Part shown: positions 40,127-50,628 of the stretch, piece by piece | Layout: each line of letters starts with the position of its first letter | How positions within the stretch are numbered: the stretch's first letter is position 1 | IMG/VR virus record: IMGVR_UViG_3300043399_001317 | Origin: an uncultured virus (IMG/VR IMGVR_UViG_3300043399_001317) | Taxonomy: Duplodnaviria; Heunggongvirae; Uroviricota; Caudoviricetes | Direction: 5' to 3' (one strand) | Length of the DNA stretch: 64,000 nt | Position numbers and translations under genes: made by a program | The notes under the pieces: model-generated | What the model saw: only the letters and a program-made list of their open reading frames with translations | Told to the model about the DNA's origin: nothing | Databases searched by the model: none

Positions 40127-42310
40127 TTAACCGAAATTTCCAAGCATATAAAGGGTATGTTTTTCATTTTTTCTCAAAAATTCAACCATAAAATTCAAAG
40201 CATCGGATACAGCTTCTTTGTCCTTACTTTCTTTAAGCATGTTCGCCCAAATCATTAGGTAGGGATAAGAAAATACTTTATTTGAAAAATAACCCGGAAT
40301 GTCAGGTTTAAACATTTTAAATGCTTTCAAATAATTTTGAAACTCATATTGCTTATTTTCGGAACGGACGGATTTTTGTTGAAAAGACATGCGCAAATAA
40401 AAATTATCGTCGTATTCCATATTATTCATCATTCTAACATCTTTTTTACCCTCATTCCTTGATACAAAATAATAGTTTTCAAACGTGGGAAAAATATTCT
40501 GTTCTATCATTACATGGTGGTCAGATGTTTGATACCTTTTTTTTGGCACAATTTGACCAGAACCCACTTCTATTTTATAACGCGGGGGCAAATTTTCAAG
40601 ATTATGGGTTCTGCATATTTTCAAACATTCGTTACCCCCCAGATTGATAATAATAGAATAATCCTTATTGAATTCAACAACAGAACTATTTTCATCGGTA
40701 CATTTCCCCAAGTTTATGCAAGTAAAATTTGAAACAAATTTATCCAGACCCGGTTCCTTTATGGCGGATATTAATATATTTGCCTCAGAGTTTTTCCGGT
40801 CAATCTTTTCATTCAGGGAAATAAATTGGTCAATATAGGCCGGGACATCGTATGTATATATCTTGATATCGTTCCTTACATTGCTCATGCAAATGCGGTT
40901 GATACGCCCTTCGCGTTGGATTGTTTTGGACGGGTTCCACTTTGAATCGTAGTGAACCAAATGGTTCGCATAATGCAAAGAAACCCCTTCTGCCAAAACA
41001 TCACTGCAAAACAATACTTTGTATTTATTGCTTTTATGCTGGTTTGCATCAAATTCGGCGCTTATTGTCTCCAGAACATTTTCGTTTGTATCGCTGTTAT
41101 AGGAAATAAAAGGTATTTGCCTTTTTTCGGCCTCATTCACAAGCATGGAAAGCGTTTCGCTATATTCAGTGAACACAACGATTTTCCCCGTTTCCCTTTC
41201 AATGAGGTCAAACAGTATTTCCATTTTATCGGAGTCTTCTTTTCCCTCCCATATGGAAATAATATTTTTATAACGGGAACAATCATTTTCCAAATCCGAT
41301 TTAAATTTATCGGTTAATGTATATTCCGCGTCCCCTATTTTAATAATATTCTTATTCAGGCAATTTTCTATGTTCGAAATGCTTTTACTTATGGAAGCCA
41401 AAAAAGCGTTCAAAGAAGATTCAAACAGTTTGAACAAAGTTGTTTTGTAAACCGTGCCAAAACGGGAATCGCTGTTTGGTATGAAATAATTTATTTGCTC
41501 CTGCCATGCAAAAGTTATTTTATCAATTTGCCTAAACGTATCGACAAATGCTTCTTTGTTTTTATGGTTGTATTTCAGGTCAACCTGCTCAGTTTTGGGG
41601 AACTTTTCCAACAGGTGTTCGGTCGGCAATATCTCGATTGTGGAACGCTCATCCCGTATGGAGAAAGTGCCCACAACGTTCCCGATAAATGCTATATGTT
41701 TGCCCAGTTCGTTATTTAAAAATGCTTTTTCAGTTATTTTGGTATGGGGCATACCAGTAATTTCATCCCCGTAAATACGACGGATAACCCCCAAGTTGTA
41801 ATTTATTTCATTTATTTGCGTCCCCAAAAACCCAATCAAAGTTTTTTCCTTTTCTGGCAAATTGAAAAGCGTTATCAAATCCAAAAAGGATTCCATGGTA
41901 TTGTTGTATGGAGTTGCGCTTATGGCAATTAACTTTGAATTGTTTTGCCGGGATAATATAAACAAATCCAGAAAGGTTTTTGAGGTTGCAGTACCAACCT
42001 TATGAACCTCATCGATTATAATAAAATCGTATGGTTCGGTGTATGTCGGAATTTTCCGATTCCCGGTTACAGTAGAATTTAAATCTGTCCTTGACAAAAT
42101 ATCAACCCATGCCTTTTGGTTTGCTTTTGGACTAATAACCAAAACACTTTTAGGGCTTAGGTTATAAGCAATTGTGGCAGCCACAATCGTTTTACCTAAT
42201 CCCGTTTCGCTCATAAGCAAAAGCGAATTTTTGGTTTCCATGATTTCCAGACCTTTCAATATTGACTTGTGCTGGAAATGAAACGGTTTAAAATTTTCAA
42301 TTGTCTTCAT
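40127..42310 (-). CDS. Superfamily 2 helicase (SNF2/ResIII-like)
   Basis: ETGLGKT, IIDEVH, ISATP, VVFTEY, SDVLAEGVSL, WNPS...QREGRINR. Confidence 0.9.
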   Translation of the reverse strand: MKTIENFKPFHFQHKSILKGLEIMETKNSLLLMSETGLGKTIVAATIAYNLSPKSVLVISPKANQKAWVDILSRTDLNSTVTGNRKIPTYTEPYDFIIIDEVHKVGTATSKTFLDLFILSRQNNSKLIAISATPYNNTMESFLDLITLFNLPEKEKTLIGFLGTQINEINYNLGVIRRIYGDEITGMPHTKITEKAFLNNELGKHIAFIGNVVGTFSIRDERSTIEILPTEHLLEKFPKTEQVDLKYNHKNKEAFVDTFRQIDKITFAWQEQINYFIPNSDSRFGTVYKTTLFKLFESSLNAFLASISKSISNIENCLNKNIIKIGDAEYTLTDKFKSDLENDCSRYKNIISIWEGKEDSDKMEILFDLIERETGKIVVFTEYSETLSMLVNEAEKRQIPFISYNSDTNENVLETISAEFDANQHKSNKYKVLFCSDVLAEGVSLHYANHLVHYDSKWNPSKTIQREGRINRICMSNVRNDIKIYTYDVPAYIDQFISLNEKIDRKNSEANILISAIKEPGLDKFVSNFTCINLGKCTDENSSVVEFNKDYSIIINLGGNECLKICRTHNLENLPPRYKIEVGSGQIVPKKRYQTSDHHVMIEQNIFPTFENYYFVSRNEGKKDVRMMNNMEYDDNFYLRMSFQQKSVRSENKQYEFQNYLKAFKMFKPDIPGYFSNKVFSYPYLMIWANMLKESKDKEAVSDALNFMVEFLRKNEKHTLYMLGNFG

Positions 42311-42369
42311 TGGTTTTTTTTGCAAAGATATAATAATGGGATTTAAAAAGCAAGTTTATTCGAAAATAA

Positions 42370-42888
42370 TTAACCCATAACAGGCAATCCTTTGCAGTTT
42401 GTGAGGATTGCTCCGGTCAGGTTGGCATTACTAAGGTCAGCCCTTCTAAAGTCTGCATTGGTAAGGTCTGCCCCGGCTATATAAGAATCGCTTAGGTTGG
42501 CCATGTAAAGATTAGCGCCAGTTAGGTTTGCTTGATACAGGTTCGAATAACCCATATCTACCAAACCCATATTGGCTTCAGTCAAGTTTACTTTACTTAA
42601 ATTCGCACCAATTAATTTTGCTTCAGTAAGGTCGGCACCAGTAAGATTGGCCTCAGTTAAGTTTGCCTTGATTAAAGAAACCTCCGTTAAGTCAGCATAA
42701 CTCAGGTCGACATTTTTTAGATTTGCCCCGGTTAGGTTTGCTTCAAATAACCAAGCATCGTTTAGTTTGGCTCCGCTCAAGTTTATATTAGTTAAATTTG
42801 CGCGGTTCAAATTTGCCTTGCTAAGGTCAACCCCCGAAAAATCCCTTTCCCCGTTGGCATATCGTTCCAATAATTCTTCTCTTGTCAT
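42370..42888 (-). CDS. Pentapeptide-repeat protein
   Basis: MTREELLERYANGERDF + ANLxx repeats. Confidence 0.95.
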   Translation of the reverse strand: MTREELLERYANGERDFSGVDLSKANLNRANLTNINLSGAKLNDAWLFEANLTGANLKNVDLSYADLTEVSLIKANLTEANLTGADLTEAKLIGANLSKVNLTEANMGLVDMGYSNLYQANLTGANLYMANLSDSYIAGADLTNADFRRADLSNANLTGAILTNCKGLPVMG

Positions 42889-43017
42889 GTTTTTATTTTT
42901 TTATTGATACAAAGATAAAGGATATTACCCAAATAAACAAAAAATAAATGTTAAATTTTTAAAAAAAGGGGGCAACACCTTTTTGATGCTACCCCTGAAA
43001 AATGCTAGTACATATCT

Positions 43018-43713
43018 TTAGTGTTCCATGATGTATATTGGTTTCCCCTTACTTTTTGTATTGCACATTTTGCAAATGGAACATACCGTCATCTTTCCTG
43101 ATTCCTTTGAAGCGGGGCAGTTTATAAAGTTTTTTTCGTTCCCTTCAATCTGTTTTTTGTCCTTAATTGCGGTATATGTTTTCCAACCTTCTGCTAGTGC
43201 CTCAAAGGTTTCCATTATATTATCACATGAGGCCAAAAGGTGTTTTTTATATTCGGGGTATTGCTTCCATGCGTGTGTGTATCCTGTGTATGTGTAAGCA
43301 TTGGATATCAGAACACCCATATTTTCAAAAGGAACAAAAATAGGTTCACCATAAACCCCAAACCGAATATACAAAGATTTTGAAACAGAATAAAGTTTAT
43401 CCCAGTTAAAGTCTTTGATTTCAGGAATTTCCCCCAATTCTTTCTTTGCCTTTTTGATGTGGTTGACAAAAGACAAGAACTGATGATATTTCCGGGTATA
43501 ACACTTATTTTCTTTTCCCCGGCGAACGCAGTTTAGACAATTTGCCGCGTCTGCTGCAAAGAAGTCTGAGAAGTTTAAATCCCCCTCCCATTGCTTTTTG
43601 GAAAAAGAAAATTGGTTCAAAATTAATTGCCCGGTCAAAGCAATTTTTTTGTTGTGGTTTGTCTGAACCGAAAACAGAACGACAACTCCTTGGTCTTTGT
43701 AAGCGAAATACAT
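43018..43713 (-). CDS. Cys-rich phage protein (radical-SAM-like/Fe-S candidate)
   Basis: CLNC...CY, IRFGVYGEP, TGYTHAW, NCPAS..CSICKMC. Confidence 0.55.
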   Translation of the reverse strand: MYFAYKDQGVVVLFSVQTNHNKKIALTGQLILNQFSFSKKQWEGDLNFSDFFAADAANCLNCVRRGKENKCYTRKYHQFLSFVNHIKKAKKELGEIPEIKDFNWDKLYSVSKSLYIRFGVYGEPIFVPFENMGVLISNAYTYTGYTHAWKQYPEYKKHLLASCDNIMETFEALAEGWKTYTAIKDKKQIEGNEKNFINCPASKESGKMTVCSICKMCNTKSKGKPIYIMEH

Positions 43714-43817
43714 AGTTTATTTGAGTTTTGTTGTTACAAAGATAAACCAATGTTATTTAAAAACCAAATTTATTTAAAAAAAAATTCCCCATACCATTAA
43801 GATATGAGGAATTTATT

Positions 43818-44276
43818 TCAACCCATAATGGGCAAACCGATACATTTTGTCAGGATTGCTCCTGTAAAGTTTGTCTCGGTAAGGTTTGCCATGGTCAATT
43901 CAGCCCCAGTTAGGTCAGCTCCGCTCAGGTCAGCCTCAGTCAGGTCAGCCTTAACAAAATTAGCTTCTTTTAAGTTCGCGCCGCTCAGGTTGGCCTTCAT
44001 TAGGTATGCATCGCTCAGGTCTGCCTCAGTAAGATTTGCCTTCTGTAAGGAAGTTTCACACAAATAAGCATAACTCACGTCTGCCCCAGTAAGGTTTGCC
44101 TCGCTAAGGTTTGAATTATAAAAGTCAGCCCTTCTAAGGTCTGCATTATAAAAGTTGGCTCCGGTAAAATCTGCATATCTCAAATAAATATTTTTTAATT
44201 TTACCCAATTTAGGTCTACCCCCCTAAAATCCCGCTCTCCGGCGGCGTAACGTTCCAATAGTTCTTCTGCTGTCAT
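43818..44276 (-). CDS. Pentapeptide-repeat protein
   Basis: MTAEELLERYAAGERDF + repeats. Confidence 0.95.
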   Translation of the reverse strand: MTAEELLERYAAGERDFRGVDLNWVKLKNIYLRYADFTGANFYNADLRRADFYNSNLSEANLTGADVSYAYLCETSLQKANLTEADLSDAYLMKANLSGANLKEANFVKADLTEADLSGADLTGAELTMANLTETNFTGAILTKCIGLPIMG

Positions 44277-44297
44277 TTCATTTTTATTTAAGAATAA

Positions 44298-44828
44298 TTA
44301 ATCCATAACATACAATCCTTTGCAGTTTGTTAGGATTGTTCCAGTAAGGTTTGCATTAGTTAAATTGGTATCGGTAAAGTCGGCTCCAGTTAGGTTTGCC
44401 CCGCTCAGGTCAGCCCCGGTTAAGTCAGCGCCTAAAAGTTTTACGTTAGTTAGGTCAGCATTATTCATTTTCGCATTATTTAATTTTGCACCGACCAAAA
44501 GGGTGCGATTTAGTTTTGCTCCAATCATGTCAACACTTCTCAGGTTTGCCCCGCTTAGGTCAGCATTGCTCAAGTCAGCCCCTGTAAGATTTGACCACCT
44601 CATATTTGCCCCGGTCAGGTTTGTCCAGATAAGTTTTGCATTGGTTAAGTTTACACGGGTAAGTTTTGCCCATCTAAGGTTTGTCTCTGTAAAATTTACC
44701 CCGGTTAGATTTATCCCAAATTTAATTCCATTTAGAGTTAACCCGCTAAGGTTCGTATTTCTCAAGTCGAACAACCTAAAATCCCTTTCCCCGGCAGCAT
44801 AACTCTCCAAAAACTCCTCTCTTGTCAT
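44298..44828 (-). CDS. Pentapeptide-repeat protein
   Basis: Start MTREEFLESYAAGERDF. Confidence 0.95.
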   Translation of the reverse strand: MTREEFLESYAAGERDFRLFDLRNTNLSGLTLNGIKFGINLTGVNFTETNLRWAKLTRVNLTNAKLIWTNLTGANMRWSNLTGADLSNADLSGANLRSVDMIGAKLNRTLLVGAKLNNAKMNNADLTNVKLLGADLTGADLSGANLTGADFTDTNLTNANLTGTILTNCKGLYVMD

Positions 44829-44934
44829 ATTTTTATTTTTTATTAACACAAAGATAAATGATATTTTTAGAAAAACCAAATTTATTTGAGAAAAAAATTC
44901 CCCTCACATTAAAAAATATGAAGGGAATTATAAG

Positions 44935-45645
44935 TTATTTTAACCCTTTAACATCGGTAAGGTTTGCCCCGGTCAGGTTGGCCGTACTGAAATAGGCATT
45001 GGTCAAGTCGGCTCCGGTTAGGTTTGCACCCCTAAGATTAACCCCGGTTAGGTTTGTCCCGTACAAACCTGCTGAACTCAAGTCGGTTTTGCTCAGGTTT
45101 GCGTTGCTCAATTCAGTATTGTTCAGGTTGGCCGTATTCAGTTCAGCCCATTGCAAGTTTGCACCAGTAAGGTCAGCCCCGGACAAGTCGGCTCCAGTAA
45201 GGTTGACTGAGAAAAGGTCTAGTAGTCTTAGATTTGCCCCTCTCAGGTTTGCCCCTTTCAGGTTTGCCCCTCTCAGTGGGGTAAATCTGAGGTCTAAACC
45301 ACTCAGGTCAGCCCCGCTCAGGTTGGAATGACTAAGGTTTGTCCAATTAAGGTCGGCACCCGTAAGGTTTACACCCTCCAAATACTGATAACTAAGGTTT
45401 AGTTGCCGTAGGTTCGCCCCTCTGAAATCCCTTTCCCCGGAATTATATCTTTCTAAGAAAAGCCCTGATTCCGTTTCCACGTCGTTTTCAATAGACGTAA
45501 TGAAAGATACCATTCCACCATTTTGTAATTGGTTTATGGCTTTTTCCTGCACTTCATTTAGGAAATTCACATCCTCATAAGGCATTTCAGAATCACATTT
45601 AACAGAAACCAAAATGGTAACTTCAACCAGTTTATTTTTTCCCAT
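44935..45645 (-). CDS. Pentapeptide-repeat protein with extra ~60-aa N-terminal domain
   Basis: Unrelated N-terminus joined to FLERYNSGERDF + repeats. Confidence 0.9.
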   Translation of the reverse strand: MGKNKLVEVTILVSVKCDSEMPYEDVNFLNEVQEKAINQLQNGGMVSFITSIENDVETESGLFLERYNSGERDFRGANLRQLNLSYQYLEGVNLTGADLNWTNLSHSNLSGADLSGLDLRFTPLRGANLKGANLRGANLRLLDLFSVNLTGADLSGADLTGANLQWAELNTANLNNTELSNANLSKTDLSSAGLYGTNLTGVNLRGANLTGADLTNAYFSTANLTGANLTDVKGLK

Positions 45646-45702
45646 TCTTAAATATTTTTTAGATGAAAATAAGAGGGGGGATTTTAACCCCCCCCCCGTT
45701 CT

Positions 45703-46452
45703 TTAGTTGCAGTAGCTTTCGGCCATTTCCCAGAGCTTGAGGTTAACCTCGTTCTCAAGGGAGAAATTTTTGATTGGCCGAGCTTTGCGGGTTTTACCGT
45801 CCTTTTGCATTTCAACTTTGCCCCGGACAAGTTTTTCCTGAGCGATGTTGAAGATGTTCCAAACGGTCGGATTTTCGTCCTCTGTCCTTTCCGCCTGAAT
45901 GTAATCATCAAAGATTACATCCACGTTCCCCTCCCACCGGATTGCGAGAGATTTGCGGAAAAACTCCAGCGCGTCGGTTTCCTCTATCCGGGTTTCCTGC
46001 ATCCGCTTAACGCGGTCGGAAACGGAAGGTAGGAAGGCCGCAAAACGCTCCATGAGTTCCTTCAGTTCGGAGGATTCGATGTTGGTGTGGCGAATGCGCA
46101 GCGATTCGTTGAACCCTTGCACCGGAACGGTAAGGCCGTTTTCACAAGCCAGACGGAACAAGCCCATGTCGAAGGAAATGGGCGCTTTCCCGTTGTGGCT
46201 GTTGATGATAACGATTTCGGGCGCGGTGTCGCCCACAGTAATGAGGCCACCGTTTGTCATCCTTACTTCGTGCTTATCAAAGGCACGGTTTTCGGTGGAA
46301 CGGCTTTTGGATTGCCGGGCATTGCGAACAGACCAGCCAAGGTCTTCGAGGCCCCGCACCAGTTGGTGCGTTGAAACGAAAGAGTAGCGGTCGGACATTT
46401 GCGGTGCGGCTTGCTTTGAGAATACAGCCGGGCAGTTGATTAGTTGTGACAT
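45703..46452 (-). CDS. DUF932/DUF945-like protein
   Basis: SDRYSFVST, KHEVRM, PEIVIINSHNG, GLFRLACENGL, IRH, WNIFNIAQE; visibly GC-richer than neighbours. Confidence 0.85.
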   Translation of the reverse strand: MSQLINCPAVFSKQAAPQMSDRYSFVSTHQLVRGLEDLGWSVRNARQSKSRSTENRAFDKHEVRMTNGGLITVGDTAPEIVIINSHNGKAPISFDMGLFRLACENGLTVPVQGFNESLRIRHTNIESSELKELMERFAAFLPSVSDRVKRMQETRIEETDALEFFRKSLAIRWEGNVDVIFDDYIQAERTEDENPTVWNIFNIAQEKLVRGKVEMQKDGKTRKARPIKNFSLENEVNLKLWEMAESYCN

Positions 46453-46586
46453 GGCTTTTTGTTTTTAGTGGTTGATTAAATTGATAGTACAAAGATAATG
46501 CGATTCATTTTAATTTGCAAGTTTTTGTCAAACTTTTTTTAAAATATTTTTGAATCGCTTTTTATTTGTTAATTCAAAGATAAAAG

Positions 46587-47045
46587 TTATTTTTGGAATA
46601 ATAACCCAATGACCCCGTCCAGATAAACCCCGGTCAACTTCGCATCAGTCAGGTTTGCCCCGGTCAGGTTTGCTCCGCTCAGGTTGGCAAAGTTTAGGTC
46701 TGCCCCGCTAAGGTCGGCATTGGTTAGGTCAGCCGTTTTAAGGTTTGCCCACCTCATATTTGCCTCTCGCAAGTCAGCGCCGCTCAAGTTTGCCCCGGTA
46801 AGGTCAGCCCCGAAAAGGCTTGCATCTTTCAGGTTTGAATCGTTCAAGTCAGCCCCGCTCAGGTCGGCTCTATTTAGGAAAGACCAGCTAAGGTCAACCC
46901 CGCTTAGGTTAGCCCCGCTCAGGTTCGCCTTGAATAACTCAGAAACTTTGAGATTAGCCCCGCTTAGTTCCAACCCTTTTAGGTCAGTTTCCATAAAATC
47001 CCGCCTTCCGGCAGCGTAATGTCCCAATAATTCTTCTGCTGTCAT
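46587..47045 (-). CDS. Pentapeptide-repeat protein
   Basis: MTAEELLGHYAAGRRDF + repeats. Confidence 0.95.
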   Translation of the reverse strand: MTAEELLGHYAAGRRDFMETDLKGLELSGANLKVSELFKANLSGANLSGVDLSWSFLNRADLSGADLNDSNLKDASLFGADLTGANLSGADLREANMRWANLKTADLTNADLSGADLNFANLSGANLTGANLTDAKLTGVYLDGVIGLLFQK

Positions 47046-47162
47046 GTTTTTAGTTTTTTATTGATACAAAGATAAAAGTTATTTTTCAAATAAGCAAATT
47101 TATTTCCAAATAAAAAACCTAATACCGTTAAGATATAAGGATTTTTTCTGGTTGTAAGGGGT

Positions 47163-47498
47163 TTATAGAAATACCTTCCTGTCACCCAGTTGCATGAAAG
47201 CCCCGCTCAGGTTGGCTTCGCTCATATTTGTCCCTCCGAAGGAAGCCTCTGTCAGATTTGCCCCTCCGAAGTCAGTCAGATATAAGTTAGCCTCTACAAG
47301 GTTTGCCCCGGTCAAGTCAGCATCGGTTAGGTTGGCCATGTATAGTGCAGCACTACTCAAGTCTACACCTTTCAGGTTTGCCCCAGTCAGGTCAGCCCAA
47401 ATTAATGTTGCTCTGGTCAGGTTTGCCCCGCTTAGGTCAACCCACCGAAAATCCCGCTGCCCGGCAGCGTAACGTCCCAATAGTTGTTCTGCTGTCAT
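47163..47498 (-). CDS. Pentapeptide-repeat protein
   Basis: MTAEQLLGRYAAGQRDF + repeats. Confidence 0.95.
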   Translation of the reverse strand: MTAEQLLGRYAAGQRDFRWVDLSGANLTRATLIWADLTGANLKGVDLSSAALYMANLTDADLTGANLVEANLYLTDFGGANLTEASFGGTNMSEANLSGAFMQLGDRKVFL

Positions 47499-47618
47499 AT
47501 ATTTTTTTATTTAGTGATTTAATAAGACAAAGATAAAGGTTATTTTGGAATAAACAAAAAAAAATGGGGACATTTTTAGTTGCCCCCATAAAAAAAAATA
47601 ATTCTGCTAAAACATATC

Positions 47619-48641
47619 TCAAAAAGCTAAACGTTGAAAATCTGGTCGTACCATGTCCCATATAGCTTGGGAGTAGTCTTTGCCGTCCATCATCTTAAAC
47701 AGTATGTGTTTCACGTCTGGATAATCAGATATTGCCTTTAAAGCAAAAGTTTTTCTATCCTCACAAAGAGGTTTTATAACATTGTAGGCATCAACAGCAG
47801 CTTTTTCGATTTCCAAATAATCCGCTGTTAATTTTTCTTTTACATTCCTTACAGAATTGTAAAATTCGTCTGGAACCCTATCCAATATCTCATCGAACGG
47901 CAAATTATCTTTCAAGTATTCCCATATGGTAACATTGGTAACGTTGGTTAATATCCTGTGCATACGCACATACCAATCACCTTTTACTTTTATTCTGAAA
48001 CCATTTGAGAAACGAATAGTATAACCTTCCCTGTTTTCCTCAATATTAGATGTGCAGAAAAGTTCCTCCAAGGTTTTATTTTCATACCTTTTAACAATAG
48101 TAAAACCCTTTGGTAAATCAGAATAGGGTAATTCTTTAGCGTCCTTTGTACGTATTGCGCCCAGTAGAACCAAATCTTCAAAATTATATTTACAAACTAT
48201 TCGATTCGTAGCATATATGATTTCAAACATATAGGTATATTCAGGGTTTAAGGAATCGTACAGATTCAGGGAATCCATCATTTCCTTTGCCCTTACAGCT
48301 TGTTCAGAAGTGAATGAACCCCTTGAGGATAAAATCCACTTGTTGTCGTAATAGAACAATATACCCAAGGAACCATCCATTTTCTCGAACACCTCAAAAG
48401 AAGTGTTTGGTATTTCTTCAGGGTTATGTTCCGAGAAGTTAAAGAACTTACCGAAAGGACGGGCAACAACAACATTACCATCCATAACCAAACCCCTACA
48501 AACCAAAGTTACATCGTCCCACAACTTTTCGTATTGCGTTTTAGGCGTGTAGTTATATATTTTGAGGTTAGGATATTCAGGGTGAACCTGATATTGCAAC
48601 AAACCCCTTTCCACATAACCTGCCAATATTTCCTCTCTCAT
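47619..48641 (-). CDS. T4 Rnl1-like RNA ligase
   Basis: CRGLV, ARPFGKFFN, EKMDGSLG, SRGSF, MFEII, EGY, KVK..WY. Confidence 0.9.
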   Translation of the reverse strand: MREEILAGYVERGLLQYQVHPEYPNLKIYNYTPKTQYEKLWDDVTLVCRGLVMDGNVVVARPFGKFFNFSEHNPEEIPNTSFEVFEKMDGSLGILFYYDNKWILSSRGSFTSEQAVRAKEMMDSLNLYDSLNPEYTYMFEIIYATNRIVCKYNFEDLVLLGAIRTKDAKELPYSDLPKGFTIVKRYENKTLEELFCTSNIEENREGYTIRFSNGFRIKVKGDWYVRMHRILTNVTNVTIWEYLKDNLPFDEILDRVPDEFYNSVRNVKEKLTADYLEIEKAAVDAYNVIKPLCEDRKTFALKAISDYPDVKHILFKMMDGKDYSQAIWDMVRPDFQRLAF

Positions 48642-48645
48642 GGTT

Positions 48646-49029
48646 TTATAATTTTATGTTAAACCTTTTTTGCATTTTCAACAAAGTCTCATCAGGAACG
48701 TCATGCACGTTTACACCACCATGCCTGTTTTCTACAATAAGAACAAACGTTTGGTAGTTATGTTCACTGGCCAAAGAAATATATCCGGCCATTTCTTTCT
48801 CGGTTGTAAAAGTATTCGACACTGCAATTTTGTCTTCACCAGACGTCATTGCATTTTCAACTTTTTTGTAACACCAGTCATGGGCTTCTTTCAATTTGTT
48901 AAATTGAAAGTTATACACACCATCCCGCATAAAGTACATGTCAGCCTCGAAGTGGGGACACCCCAGAGATTTTGCGAAGGTAGATTTCCCAGAACCGGGC
49001 AAGCCTCTAACAATATATAATATTTTCAT
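48646..49029 (-). CDS. P-loop kinase (AAA_33 / polynucleotide-kinase-like)
   Basis: RGLPGSGKST, FEADMYF, VSNTFT, NVHDVP. Confidence 0.85.
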   Translation of the reverse strand: MKILYIVRGLPGSGKSTFAKSLGCPHFEADMYFMRDGVYNFQFNKLKEAHDWCYKKVENAMTSGEDKIAVSNTFTTEKEMAGYISLASEHNYQTFVLIVENRHGGVNVHDVPDETLLKMQKRFNIKL

Positions 49030-49676
49030 ATGTGATGGTCTTCTGGTAGAACCAGATTTTTGATTTGTTTATTTTTAAGGATTTCAAAAACATCATCCAG
49101 TAGCATAGGTTTCAGGTCGTTCCCGTCGATTCCAATATCCATGTAACGTCCATCAGATACTCTCAGGTGTTTGGGCAGGTGTGTATGTCCGTGAAGGTGA
49201 AAAACTCCCTTTCCCATGTTAGGCCAAGAAGCAACCGGAAGATGTGAAATGAAAAACACTCGGGTTTTTTCATTAAACTTTCTTTCCAGTATCATTGTTT
49301 CGCTGACCGAAGAGAAAAGTTTTTGAACATCCTCTTTATTCTTTTCGATGTGGTGGTCATGATTCCCGAGAATTAAATGCACATTTTGGCAAACAATCCG
49401 ATTTCGGAATTCAATAATTTTTTCAAACCCCCCAAAGGAAAAGTCGCCCGCATGGATTAGGATATCATCCTGACCGACCACATTGTTTATGTTGTTAACA
49501 ATGTGGTCGTTCATTTGTTCAATGGTATCAAAATCCCTTGTTTTGGAACCATCCGGCCATGATGTTGTACCACGGCAAATGTTGGCATGTCCGTAATGAG
49601 TATCAGAACAAAGCCATATTTTTTTATCGTCTGAGAATTTCGTAATCTTGTTCATTTCATTCATTTTATAACACAA
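49026..49676 (-). CDS. Calcineurin-like phosphoesterase
   Basis: SDTHYGH, AGDF, GNHD, LHGHTH, DIGID. Confidence 0.9.
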   Translation of the reverse strand: MCYKMNEMNKITKFSDDKKIWLCSDTHYGHANICRGTTSWPDGSKTRDFDTIEQMNDHIVNNINNVVGQDDILIHAGDFSFGGFEKIIEFRNRIVCQNVHLILGNHDHHIEKNKEDVQKLFSSVSETMILERKFNEKTRVFFISHLPVASWPNMGKGVFHLHGHTHLPKHLRVSDGRYMDIGIDGNDLKPMLLDDVFEILKNKQIKNLVLPEDHHI

Positions 49677-49700
49677 AGATAAAGGTTATTTTTTAATTAT

Positions 49701-50171
49701 TCAATCAATGTCTGGATAAATTTTTCTTATTTTATTCGTTGCGATATTCACTTCCCAAAAGTCATTTATAAGGTATATGGTTGGACTAATTATTTTTATA
49801 GTTTCAGCAGTCTCATCTATATATTTTTCGAACAAAAACAAAGCATTGTTTAGTTTGTTTTTACTTATGGCGTCATTTTTTCTACTCCTTATTGGTTCGA
49901 AGTCACCATTTTTTTTAATTTCTTTAATTGTAGCGATGTAAAAAGGACATTGATAATCTATATTCACATTTAATTGTCTGGCCAAAATCCTTTCAACAGC
50001 TCTCAATAAAGATAGTAGTGTTTCATTTTTATTTTGAATGATTGCACTTTTTGTTTGACCTCGGATAGAACGCCTTTGTTCTGTACTGAATTTATCAGAG
50101 TAAATATCAGTTATTTCCATGATTAAACCCCCCGGACATTCAGATTGATAAATTTTTTTATTGGCCGTCAT
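49701..50171 (-). CDS. Hypothetical protein (N-terminus related to 60717..60977)
   Basis: Shared C.G.L..EI...Y...F...QRRS..G..K. Confidence 0.7.
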   Translation of the reverse strand: MTANKKIYQSECPGGLIMEITDIYSDKFSTEQRRSIRGQTKSAIIQNKNETLLSLLRAVERILARQLNVNIDYQCPFYIATIKEIKKNGDFEPIRSRKNDAISKNKLNNALFLFEKYIDETAETIKIISPTIYLINDFWEVNIATNKIRKIYPDID

Positions 50172-50289
50172 TTGTTTTTATTTTATTGATACAAAGATAA
50201 AGGTTATTTATCAAATAAGCAAATTTATTTTCAAATAAAAAACCCCATACCTTTATCTAGATATGGGGTTTTCATAGAGACAAATGGGT

Positions 50290-50544
50290 TTAAAATTCAT
50301 CATCCAAATCGGTTACTCTTATTTCCTGAGACAAGCCCGGAATTTTTAGTTCCCCAGAAACCTTTTCAAGATTCCCGATCCAACCCATTTTAACCCGGGA
50401 ATACAGGCCGCTTTCAATGATTTCAACATACCACCATTCAGGATAACCCCCGTTATGGGCGGCTTTCACTTTGTCGCAGTTTTCATTCCACTCTTCTTTG
50501 CTCTTTGAAGAGGTCATGAGGTCAATAACAACTTGCTTTTCCAT
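50290..50544 (-). CDS. Hypothetical protein
   Basis: 84-aa ORF. Confidence 0.65.
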   Translation of the reverse strand: MEKQVVIDLMTSSKSKEEWNENCDKVKAAHNGGYPEWWYVEIIESGLYSRVKMGWIGNLEKVSGELKIPGLSQEIRVTDLDDEF

Positions 50545-50628
50545 GATTAATTTATTTGTTAATTTAAAAAAGAAAGGCCAGAATGAAAACCTTCATCACT
50601 GACCTTACCAAAAACCTGAGAAAATTTG

